Shown here in pieces: positions 10,301-19,200 of a DNA stretch of 64,000 nucleotides; the first letter of the stretch is position 1, and each line of letters opens with the position of its first letter. The stretch covers positions 448,001 to 512,000 of the forward strand of contig CAXXUA010000006.1 in NCBI GenBank assembly GCA_963663765.2, in the 5' to 3' direction. Under the pieces are notes generated by a model. The model had not been told where the DNA came from, ran no database searches, and saw nothing but the letters and a program-made list of their open reading frames with translations. This DNA comes from Candidatus Poribacteria bacterium (GTDB lineage: Bacteria > Poribacteria > WGA-4E > WGA-3G). The position numbers and the translations under genes were made by a program.

Positions 10301-13174
10301 GCTACGGATGAAGATGACGATACATTGACATATACACTCGGTGGCACGAATGCGTCCTCGTTTAACATCGTTAGTTCATCAGGGCAGCTAAAAACGAAGG
10401 CTGCATTAAATTATGAGAACAAAGACGCATATTCTGTTACTGTTTCAGTCTCTGATGGGAATGGTGGTACCGATAGTATTAACGTTTCAATCAATATCTC
10501 AGATGTTAACGATCCACCTAAGTTCACCGATGGCAATAGCACATCTCGTTCTGTTGAAGAAGGGGTTGAGACCGATACCAACATAGGGACTCCAATCGCT
10601 GCAACAGATGAGGATGGTGATACACTTACCTATTCCATGACGGGTGATGATGCCGATGCGTTCAGTATTGATGAGGAAACAGGACAGTTGAAAACAAAGG
10701 AGTCATTGGATTACGAGACGAAAAACAGTTACGCTTTTTCTGTGTGGGTTGCTGATGCAGCCAATACAGAGGTGATTATTGTGACAGTGAAGGTTACGGA
10801 TGTAGATGAAAACCGTGCACCTGTCTTTTCGGATGATAGTACAACGTTATCTGTTGCTGAGAATACGCGAGCAAGTACGAATATCGGAAATGCAATCACT
10901 GCCACCGATCCCGATGGGGATAACTTGACCTACACACTCAGTGGAGATGATGCAAATTCTTTCTCAATTGTAAGTACGTCAGGACAACTGAAGACGAAAT
11001 CATCTCTTGATTATGAGGATACAAACTCATACTCCGTCACTGTCACGGCTTCTGATGGGGATCTTGAAGATAGCATAAATGTGACTATCAATGTCACCGA
11101 TGACACGACAGAGAATAACCCGCCCGTGTTCTCAGATGGCGAAACCACTACGCGTAGTATCGCTGAAAACTCCGATTTAGGAACAAGCATTGGCACACCT
11201 ATCGTAGCGACAGATACGGATAACGATACACTTAGCTATACCATCAGCGGTACTAATGCAGCGTCGTTTTCGCTTGTTAGTATTACAGGACAACTCAAAA
11301 CAGTTGCGTCGCTTGATTATGAGCAAAAAGGCTCCTATTCTGTCACAATCTCCGTTCACGATGGCAATGGTGGGTCGGATTCTATTGCTGTCACGATCAA
11401 CATCACGAACGTTCACCCTGAAATAGCCGAACAAGGTGGTACGAATAATGCCCCTGTATTTACCGAGGGTGACAGCACCACTCGCTCTGTGCCCGAAAGA
11501 ACAGCCTCTGGTGAAAATATCGGTGACCCCGTTACGGCTACTGATGCCGATGCCGATACGCTCACATACACACTTAGCGGCACAGATGCGGCCTCTTTCA
11601 GTATTGTCAGCTCTACCGGACAGTTACAAACGAGTGCAGCACTGGATTATGACATAAAAACTACCTATACGGTAACGGTCACTGTCGTTGATGGTGAGAG
11701 TGGCACAGATACCATCACTGTCACGATAAATGTTGAAAATGTGAACCTTATATCAACTCGCACGCAAGCAGTGATAGATGAAATTGTTGAAAGGGCAATT
11801 GTGGAATCGGCAGATGATATTACAACTGAGCACCTTCAAAATATAACATATATGGATTTAGCTGTTTATACACTCACGTCTTTGAAAGCTGGAGATTTTG
11901 ATGGACTTACGGGTCTTGAAGAACTTTTGATGGATAGAAACAGCCTGACATCTATACCGGCTGGCATTTTTGACGAACTCACTTCATTGGAAAGACTTAC
12001 TCTGTGGGCTAACAACTTCACTTCATTTCCCGATGGACTGTTTGATAATCTGACAAATCTTGAAGTGCTCCAAATAGGGTCTCAAAGTAGTACAGTTCAG
12101 TTAACATCGGGTATGTTTGATAATCTGACGAAACTGAGGGTTCTCAGCTTAAGTGGAAGCCATCTTTCTTCACTACCAGATGATATTTTTGATGAACTTA
12201 CAAGTTTGACTGATTTACGTTTAGAACATAACAATTTCACGACGTTCGCTGATGATACATTTGAGGATCTTACAGCACTTGTTAAACTTGAACTTGGTTT
12301 CAACGATATAACTACATTAACGAGTGACGTTTTTAGTGGCTTAACGAATTTGGAACGTATTCATCTGTATGATAATGATTTTACAACAATACCCGCAGAT
12401 ATATTCGAATCTAATACGAAATTAATATTCATTGAAATGTTTGATAATCAGTTAAGTTCAATACCGGATAACCTCTTTAAAGGTCTCAGTGTTTTGTTTG
12501 GTCTTGATATACGTTCTAAAAAAGTTAACCCCTTACCGATAACAGCCTCGTTGGAGAAGGTTGCAGATGGACAGTTTAAAGTGAAAGTGCACTCGGGGGC
12601 ACCCCTTGAAGTGGAGTTCCAATTGAGTGTATCGAATGGCAGTATCAATGGGGGTTCAACGCGTGCGACTATAGATGTGGGGAGTGTGGAAAGTAGTACG
12701 TTCACCGTCACGCGTACCTCTGGTACAACTGGTGCAGTTACTGTGGATATTTCCACATTACCAAGGAAACCGTATGAGTACGGTTATTTAGGTTTCGAAT
12801 TCGTGAAATCTGCCGATCTACCGCTGACAGTGATCGCTGCGGGTGCCGCTCCTGTTAACACTGATTCCAATCCAATACCCGATCAAACTGCCTTGCTGTC
12901 AAACTATCCCAACCCGTTCAATCCTGAGACGTGGATACCTTATCAACTGGCAAATCCTACAGATGTATCATTGACGATCTATAACATCCGTGGTGTTGTA
13001 GTGCGACAGATCGCGTTGAAACAGCAGCCTGCGGGGTTCTATACCACGCGTAACCGCGCACTGCATTGGGATGGACGCAATGTGGTCGGTGAAAAAGTTG
13101 CCGGGGGAGTGTATTTCTATCAGTTCAAGGCAGGCGAATATTCTGCCCTGCGGAAAATGTTGATTGTGAAGTAG
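4385..13174 (+). CDS. Giant LRR/cadherin-repeat secreted protein A (~2929 aa) with conserved C-terminal domain
   Basis: Signal peptide (L)LKKQIIFLILPCLLALFGTWSYA, three short LRR+Ig-like modules, 17 cadherin-like repeats (APxF...ENT...ATDxD...LDYE), a long 24-aa LRR block and the NYPNPFNPETWIPY CTD. Start chosen from the RBS. Confidence 0.9.
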   Translation: MLKKQIIFLILPCLLALFGTWSYADITPVSDRTPEVRDAIVAAISDVDNAADVTEAHLATITGLNLRNKGITELKSGDFSGLTSLTNLNLFNNRLSSLPDTIFNGLAALTTLRLGSNTIDPLPLTVSLKKAGDGQFKAVVPAGAPFAIMVPITATNGSISDGTTTFTVTKGSIESSTVTVTRTAGTTAAVTATIGTLPSLPINHYGYTLIKDTGLPLEVISEVSTTTPVPDREDDEPEPIEPVTPAQNTAPTFTDGSSTVRSIAENTTVNRFIGTPVAATDANEDTLTYTLDGIDAASFAIDNTTGQLRTKAALDYEMRRVYILTITANDGNLTASISVIINVIDVADTPFVSTMLPVSERTEQVKNAIVAAVSGVDSADAITATQLSTITSLNLRRSGITELKSGDFGGLTALTSLNLYGNMLSSLPQGIFEGLTSLASLRLGGNLLDPMPITVSLEEDSLWVYRVVIPTGAPFDVVVPITNSIIMAKIPQGRVKSRLITLSDSLLSEPQGNTENEPFEIDASVAIGALPALPANHLGYILARSDVCNRTQQVSDAITAAVPKITDCRNVSEVQLAQIATLDLSGSSIISLAADDFDGLLSLSSLNLSNNQLTSLPDGIFASLPLLTALNLSGNTLDPLPISVILEKVGTNQVKAVVPTGAPFDMRLPIIVVNGSTSGSSVLIVQMGMTESETLLVTRASNTGTVTADFGTLPNLPSLNSGYALTKTNTQPLEIFSRINVAPVFTEGTAANRSIAENTDAGTNIGTAIAATDANNDTLTYTLGGTDTIGFDIDSTSGQLKTKSMLDYETKTSYSVTITVTDGSLTNTIAVTITVTDVDEVPPKEDEVVVTPDDDEEVVVTPDDDEDEVVVIPDDDEEVVVTPDDDEDEVVVIPDDDEEVVVTPDDDEDEVVVEDTPPQNNAPIFIDGNSTTRSVAENTNSGQNIGTPVRATDADGNTLTYTLSGTDAFSFSIDSSSGQLQTSAAIDYETKTSYSVTVSVSDGNDGTDTISVTINVTNVNEDIPNNEPVFTEGDSAIRSIAENTGSGVDIGTPVRATDADDDTLTYSLEAGDTSSFSIDSSSGQLRTGASLDYETKDTYSVTVSVSDANGGSDSISVTINITNVDETPTNNAPIFSDGDSTSRATAENTGSGVDIGSAVSATDPDGDTLTYTLSGNDAGSFSLDSSSGQLRTSASLDYETKTSYSVTLSVSDGNGGNDSIAVTINVTDIDESPTNNAPVFTDGSTTTRTIAENTAADTNIGGTITATDADNDTLTYTLSGTNASDFSIVNTSGQLKTKSALNHESKSSYSVTITASDGKGGSDNINVTISVTDVNEAPEFTDGTTTIRAIAENASANTNIGSVVRATDPDDGDSLTYTLGGTDAAVFSVENTTGQLKTRAALDYETKSSYSVVVTVSDGTLSDTITVTINITNLDETPTDTNRAPVFTDGETTTRSVAENTATGTNIGSAVSATDADNNRVAYTLSGNDASSFSIVSTTGQLQTNTALNHEEKSSYSVTVTVSDGTLQDTIAVTISVTDVNDAPVFVDDTATRSVAENTVSNTNLGSPIVATDPDGDDLTYTVGGDDAVSFDIDENTGQLKTKSALDFETKTSYSINIIASDGKLEDSISVTIKVTDIDENRAPAFTDGDETTRSVAENTGSGVNIGDPVSATDPDDDDLTYTVGGTDADSFNINSTNGQLRTKDALDYETKPSYSVTITVSDDKLSDSIAVTINVTNVDENRAPVFAGDSATRSVAENTGTGVNIGDVVSATDPDNDDLTYTLGGTDAASFDIGSTNGQLRTKDALDFEDKPSYTVTITASDGKLTDSITVSIKVTDVDENRAPVFTDGNSTTRSIAENTDAGTNIGSAVAATDADDDDLTYTLGGTDAASFDIVSTSGQIKTKSALDYETKASYTVAITASDGNLSDSITVTINVTDVDENNAPAFAFAITTRSVAENTASNTDIGDAVSATDEDDDTLTYTLGGTNASSFNIVSSSGQLKTKAALNYENKDAYSVTVSVSDGNGGTDSINVSINISDVNDPPKFTDGNSTSRSVEEGVETDTNIGTPIAATDEDGDTLTYSMTGDDADAFSIDEETGQLKTKESLDYETKNSYAFSVWVADAANTEVIIVTVKVTDVDENRAPVFSDDSTTLSVAENTRASTNIGNAITATDPDGDNLTYTLSGDDANSFSIVSTSGQLKTKSSLDYEDTNSYSVTVTASDGDLEDSINVTINVTDDTTENNPPVFSDGETTTRSIAENSDLGTSIGTPIVATDTDNDTLSYTISGTNAASFSLVSITGQLKTVASLDYEQKGSYSVTISVHDGNGGSDSIAVTINITNVHPEIAEQGGTNNAPVFTEGDSTTRSVPERTASGENIGDPVTATDADADTLTYTLSGTDAASFSIVSSTGQLQTSAALDYDIKTTYTVTVTVVDGESGTDTITVTINVENVNLISTRTQAVIDEIVERAIVESADDITTEHLQNITYMDLAVYTLTSLKAGDFDGLTGLEELLMDRNSLTSIPAGIFDELTSLERLTLWANNFTSFPDGLFDNLTNLEVLQIGSQSSTVQLTSGMFDNLTKLRVLSLSGSHLSSLPDDIFDELTSLTDLRLEHNNFTTFADDTFEDLTALVKLELGFNDITTLTSDVFSGLTNLERIHLYDNDFTTIPADIFESNTKLIFIEMFDNQLSSIPDNLFKGLSVLFGLDIRSKKVNPLPITASLEKVADGQFKVKVHSGAPLEVEFQLSVSNGSINGGSTRATIDVGSVESSTFTVTRTSGTTGAVTVDISTLPRKPYEYGYLGFEFVKSADLPLTVIAAGAAPVNTDSNPIPDQTALLSNYPNPFNPETWIPYQLANPTDVSLTIYNIRGVVVRQIALKQQPAGFYTTRNRALHWDGRNVVGEKVAGGVYFYQFKAGEYSALRKMLIVK
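6917..7122 (+). repeat. In-frame acidic tandem repeat (30/33-bp units; EVVVTPDDDE)
   Basis: GATGAGGTCGTTGTTATACCTGATGAC and GAGGTCGTCGTTACACCCGATGAC units alternate. Confidence 0.9.
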
Positions 13175-13209
13175 TATTTTCACTGTGAAGTAGTGTTTTC
13201 ACAGTGTAA

Positions 13210-13231
13210 GGCAGGGCTTTTGTGTCCTGCC
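13210..13231. terminator. Intergenic stem-loop between A and B (terminator or processing stem)
   Basis: GGCAGGGC-TTTTGT-GTCCTGCC followed by an A-run; a variant lies between C and D (~34592-34613). No U-tract on the + strand. Confidence 0.35.
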
Positions 13232-13259
13232 AAAAAATAAAATAAGTAAGGGGAATTGT

Positions 13260-16200
13260 ATGAATCGTCAATGTATTTTATCTCTAATTATAACGCTCTT
13301 GTTAATGATTGGATTGACAGCTTATAGCGACATAACACCCGTATCAGACCGCACACCAGAGGTTCGTGATGCCATCGTTGATGCGATTTCAGGTGTAGAT
13401 GCTGCAGTTGATGTAACTGAAACTCATCTTGCTGCAATCACAAGTCTCAATCTACGGAATGCAGGTATCCCAGAGCTTAAGACAGGTGATTTGTCAGGGC
13501 TGAGCGGATTGACAAGCCTCAATCTCTACGGGAATGAGTTGAACACCCTACCTGACGGTATATTTGAAGGTTTGACTGCATTGACGACGTTACGGTTAGG
13601 AGGTAACACCGTTGATCGGATGCCAATATCTGTTTCTCTTGAGAGAGTTTCTGATGGACAACTCAAGGCAGTTGCACCCACAGGCGCACCGTTTGCAATT
13701 GTAGTACCAATTTCGGCAACCAACGGCAGCATAGCAGATAATGCTTCATCACTCTCTATAGCTAAAGGTAGCACAGAGAGTAGCCCGGTTATCATAACAC
13801 GCTCCGAAAACACCACCGTGGCAGTTATTGCTAACATCGGCACGTTACCGAGTTTGCCTACTAACCACTATGGCTATGTGCTATCAAAATCGAGTGCTTT
13901 ACCGTTAGAAGTGGCATCGGCATTAGAAACCCCTCTCATAACGGAGGTTCTCCCTCCAACGGAGACAGAGGACACCCCATCTGAAAACGTTACGCCTGTC
14001 TTTACAGATGGTAGTATTACCATCCGATCAATCGCAGAGAACACCGAATCAGACACCAACATCGGGAGGCCAATATCCGCTACAGACACCCAGACGCTCA
14101 CTTACACATTGGGTGGAATAGATAGAACATCGTTCAGTATAAACAGTGATACCGGACAGTTACTCACAAAAGCAAGCCTTGACTATGAAACAAAACGTGT
14201 CTACATAGTGGTTGTCACTTCTTCTGATGGTGTTCTTACAGATACTATTACCGTCGTCATTAGCGTTATAGATATATCAGAGACTACATTTGTTTCAACA
14301 GCTGCCCTTGCTGTCAGTGATAGAACACCGGCAGTCCGCGATGCTATTGTTGATGCGGTGTCAGGTGTGGATTCTGCTGACGACATTACCGCAATGCATC
14401 TTGCCTCCATCACAAGTCTTAATCTGCGGGGCGCAGGTATTACATCCCTCAAAACAGGTGATTTTTCTGGTCTCACAGCTCTTTCCAGTCTTAATTTATA
14501 CGGCAATATGTTGAGCAGGCTACCGCATGGCATTTTTGATGGATTGACATCTCTGCTGTCACTTCGTTTAGGTGACAACCTCTTTGACCCGATGCCGCTT
14601 ACCGTATCATTGCAACAAGTTGGAACAGGACAATTCCGAGCTGTCATCCTCACAGGTGCACCTTTTGATGTTACCCTCACAATCGGTAATATGATGGTCA
14701 CAATCTCTAAAGGCAGCCTGACCAGTGAAAACTTCACCGCTACAGGCATACCCACTATAAGTGCGTTACCGGTACTACCTGCTACCCATTTCGGGTATAT
14801 CATTGCAAACTCTGATGTGTGTAGCCGCACATTGCAAGTAAGCGACGCTATTGTTGCAGCACTTTCAGACATTACTGATTGCCGAAATGTTAGCGATGTT
14901 CACCTTGCACAGATAACCCGTTTGGATTTAAGTGGTGTCTTTATAACATCACTTGCAGCAGACGACTTTGCAGGTTTACTCTCACTTACCACGCTTGACC
15001 TCAGTGATAACCAACTCATCAATCTCCCTAAGAGATTTTTTGATGGTTTTCTATCACTAACAGCACTCAATCTGAGTGGAAACACTTTTGACCCATTGTC
15101 AATCAATGTGATGCTTGAAAAGGTCGGCACAAATCAAGTCAAAGTTGTTGTTCCAAGTGGTGCACCTTTTGAGATGACATTGCCGATAAATGTGGTGAAT
15201 GGAGGAATTTTAGGGGGTACAAATACCATTACACTCATGCAAGGAAGTATGGAAAGTCAACCACTGACAATCATACGTGCGCCTAACACCTTTGATTTTG
15301 TCACTGCGGACATCAGCACAATGCCGAACCTTCCAACAAACCATGCAGGTTATGTATTCACAAATTCTAATGATACCCCGTTGCAAATCTTTGAACAAAT
15401 TAATGTTGCTCCTGTCTTCACAGATGACACTACCGCTACACGTTCCATAGCAGAAAACACGGAGGCTGGTACAGACATTGGCACGCCAATATCTGCAACC
15501 GATGTAAATAATGATACACTCACCTATTCCTTGGGTGGTTCTGATGTAACTTGCTTTGATATTGATAGTACTACTGGACAACTGAAAACGAAAGAGGCAC
15601 TTGACTATGAAACCAAAACATCTTATTCGGTAGTGATTACGGTTTCCGATGGTAGTTTGACAGATACCATTGACGTGACGATAAACATCACAGATGTGGA
15701 CGAGGCACCGCCGAAAGAGGACGAGGTCGTTGTTATACCCAATGACGATGAGGTCGTTGTTCTACCCGATGACTATGATGAGGTCGTTGTAGAAGATACA
15801 CCCCCACAAAATAACGCACCTATGTTCACCGATGGGAACAGCACAACCCGTTCCATAGCGGAGAATACCACTTCTGGTGCCAACATAGGCAATTCTGTGA
15901 GTGCGACCGATGCGGATCGTGACACGCTTACATACACACTTGATGGAACTGATGCCTCTGCCTTCACCATCAATAGAACAAATGGACAATTGCAAACCAG
16001 TGCAGCACTTGACTTTGAAGCCAAGAACTCCTATTCCGTCACAATCACCGTCTCTGATGGAAAAGATGGCACCGATAGCATTAGCGTCACCATTAACATC
16101 ACGAATGTAAACGAAGATATTCCAAACAACGACCCTGTATTTACCGATGGAAGTAATGCCATCCGTTCTATCGCAGAGAATACCGGTTCTGGTGTAGATA

Positions 16201-19200
16201 TAGACACACCTGTCTCAGCAACGGATGCGGATGATGGTAACACGTTATCTTATAGTTTGGGTGGCACGGATGCTGCAGCGTTCAGTATTGATAGCACATC
16301 CGGTCAATTGCGAACGAGTGCTGCTTTAGATTATGAGACGAAGAATACCTATTCCATCACAATATCTGTTTCCGATGGCAATGGTGGTAGTGATACTATA
16401 TCGGTTACAATAAACATTACGAATGTAGATGAAACCCCGACAAACAGTGCGCCTGAGTTCGCTGAGGGTGTTAGCACAAGTCGTTCTGTTGCTGAAAACA
16501 CAGGTTCTGGTGTAGACATCGGTTCTGCTGTTTCAGCTACAGATGTGGACGGGGATACGCTCACATACACACTCGGTGGCACAGATGCCTCCTCCTTCAG
16601 TCTTGATAGTAGTTCCGGTCAATTGCGAACGAGTGCTTCCTTAGACTACGAGACAAAAACTTCCTATTCTGTGGTCTTGACAGTTTCTGATGAAAATGGA
16701 GGGAGTGATAGTCTTCGTGTCACAATAAATATCACAAACATAGATGAAGCACCCGCGAACAATTCCCCTGTCTTCACATCTGACAGCACAACGCGCACTA
16801 TAGCGGAAAATACGGTGGTAGATACAAACATTGGTGCTGCCATCACCGCAACGGATGCGGATGACGATACATTGACTTATGGACTGACTGGAACTGATGC
16901 TGCGTCTTTCAGTATTGTCAGCCGCACAGGACAACTCAAAACGAAAGCAGTCCTCAATCACGAAGTTAAGGACTCCTATTCATTAATTGTCACCGTGTCA
17001 GATGGACAAGGTGGGAGTGATAGCATTAGTATCACTATCAACGTTTTGGATGTGAATGAATCCCCGTCATTTTCAGGAGAAAGTACGACCCGTTCTATCG
17101 CTGAAAACACAACGTTGAACACGAACATCGGGGCAGCTGTTATTGCTACGGATCCGGATGACGGCACAACGCTTACATACACACTTGGTGGCACGGATGC
17201 TGCAGTGTTTAGTATTGATAGCAAAACCGGACAGTTGAAAACGAAGGGCGACTTGGACTTTGAAACCAAAAAGACTTATTCTGTGACAATTGCTGTTTCC
17301 GATGGAAATCTTTCGGATATGATTACAGTAACTATAAACGTCACAGATCTTGACGAAACGCCCTCTAACAATCCACCCGTTTTCACAGATGGTGAAACCA
17401 CCACCCGTTCTGTTGCAGAAAACACAGCAACAGGCACCGATATTGGTAATCCTATTGCTGTGACCGATGCTGACCAAAACACACTTGCTTATGCCATGAG
17501 TGGAGACGATGCGTCAACGTTCAGTATTAACCTCAACACAGGACAACTGAAGACCAGCGCAGTGTTAAACTATGAGGTGAAAAAAGTCTACGAGGTGTCA
17601 GTTACTGTCAATGATGGTAGCGGCACAGATAGCATTGTGGTGACTATCAACGTTACGGATGTCAACGAAGCTCCCGTATTTGAGGATGATAGCGTAACAC
17701 ACACCATCGCAGAAAACACCGCAGCGAATACAAATATTGGGAGTGCTATTACCATCACTGATCCGGATGGTGATAACTTGACATATACACTTGGTGGAAC
17801 AGATGCTGCCTCTTTTAACATTGGTAGCACAAATGGACAACTCCGAACAAAAGACGCGTTAGACTATGAAACCAAACGCACCTATTCTGTAACAGTCACC
17901 GCATCCGATGGAAAACTATCAGATAGCATCACGGTGACAATCAATGTTACCGATGTAGATGAAAACAACGCGCCTGCCTTTGCCAGTGCAAGCACGACCC
18001 GGTCCGTTGCTGAGAATACAGGTTCTGGTGTAAACATTGGCAATGCGGTTTCCGCCTCCGACCCTGATAACGATGATTTGACATATACACTTGGTGGAAC
18101 AGATGCTGCCTCTTTTAACATTGGTAGCACAAACGGACAACTCCGAACAAAAGACGCGTTAGACTATGAAACCAAACGCACCTATTCTGTAACAGTCACC
18201 GCATCCGATGGAAAACTATCAGATAGCATCACGGTGACAATCAATGTTACCGATGTAGATGAAAACAACGCGCCTGCGTTTGCCAGTGCAAGCACGACCC
18301 GGTCCGTTGCTGAGAATACAGGTTCTGGTGTAAACATTGGTAGTGTCATCACCGCCACCGATCCTGATAATGATGATTTGACATATACACTGGGCGGAAC
18401 AGATGCTGCCTCTTTTAACATTGGTAGCATAAATGGACAACTCCGAACAAAAGACGCGTTAGACTATGAAACCAAACGCACCTATTCTGTAACAGTCACC
18501 GCATCCGATGGAAAACTATCAGATAGCATCACGGTGACAATCAATGTTAACGATGTAGACGAGAACCGATCTCCTGCGTTTGCCAGTGCAAGCACGACCC
18601 GGTCTGTTGCTGAAAATACAGGGTCTGGTGTAAACATTGGCAATGCGGTTTCCGCCACCGACCCTGATAATGATGATTTAACATATACACTGGGCGGAAC
18701 AGACGCTGCCTCTTTTAACATTGGTAGCACAAATGGACAACTCCGAACAAAAGACGCGTTAGACTATGAAACCAAACGCACCTATTCTGTAACAGTCACC
18801 GCATCCGATGGAAAACTATCAGATAGTATCACGGTGACAATCAATGTTACCGATGTAGATGAAAACAACGCGCCTGCCTTTGCCAGTGCAAGCACGACCC
18901 GGTCCGTTGCTGAGAATACGGCAACAAACACAGATATAGGTCATGTCGTTTCTGCTACGGATGAAGATGACGATACATTGACATATACGCTCGGTGGCAC
19001 GAATGCGTCCTCGTTTAACATCGTTAGTTCATCAGGGCAGCTGAAAACGAAGGCTGCATTAAATTATGAGAACAAAAATTCATATTCTGTTACCGTTTCT
19101 GTCTCTGATGGCGGAGGTGGTACCGATAGTATCAACGTTTCAATCAATATCTCAGATGTCAACGATCCACCTAAGTTCACCGATGGTAATAGCACATCTC

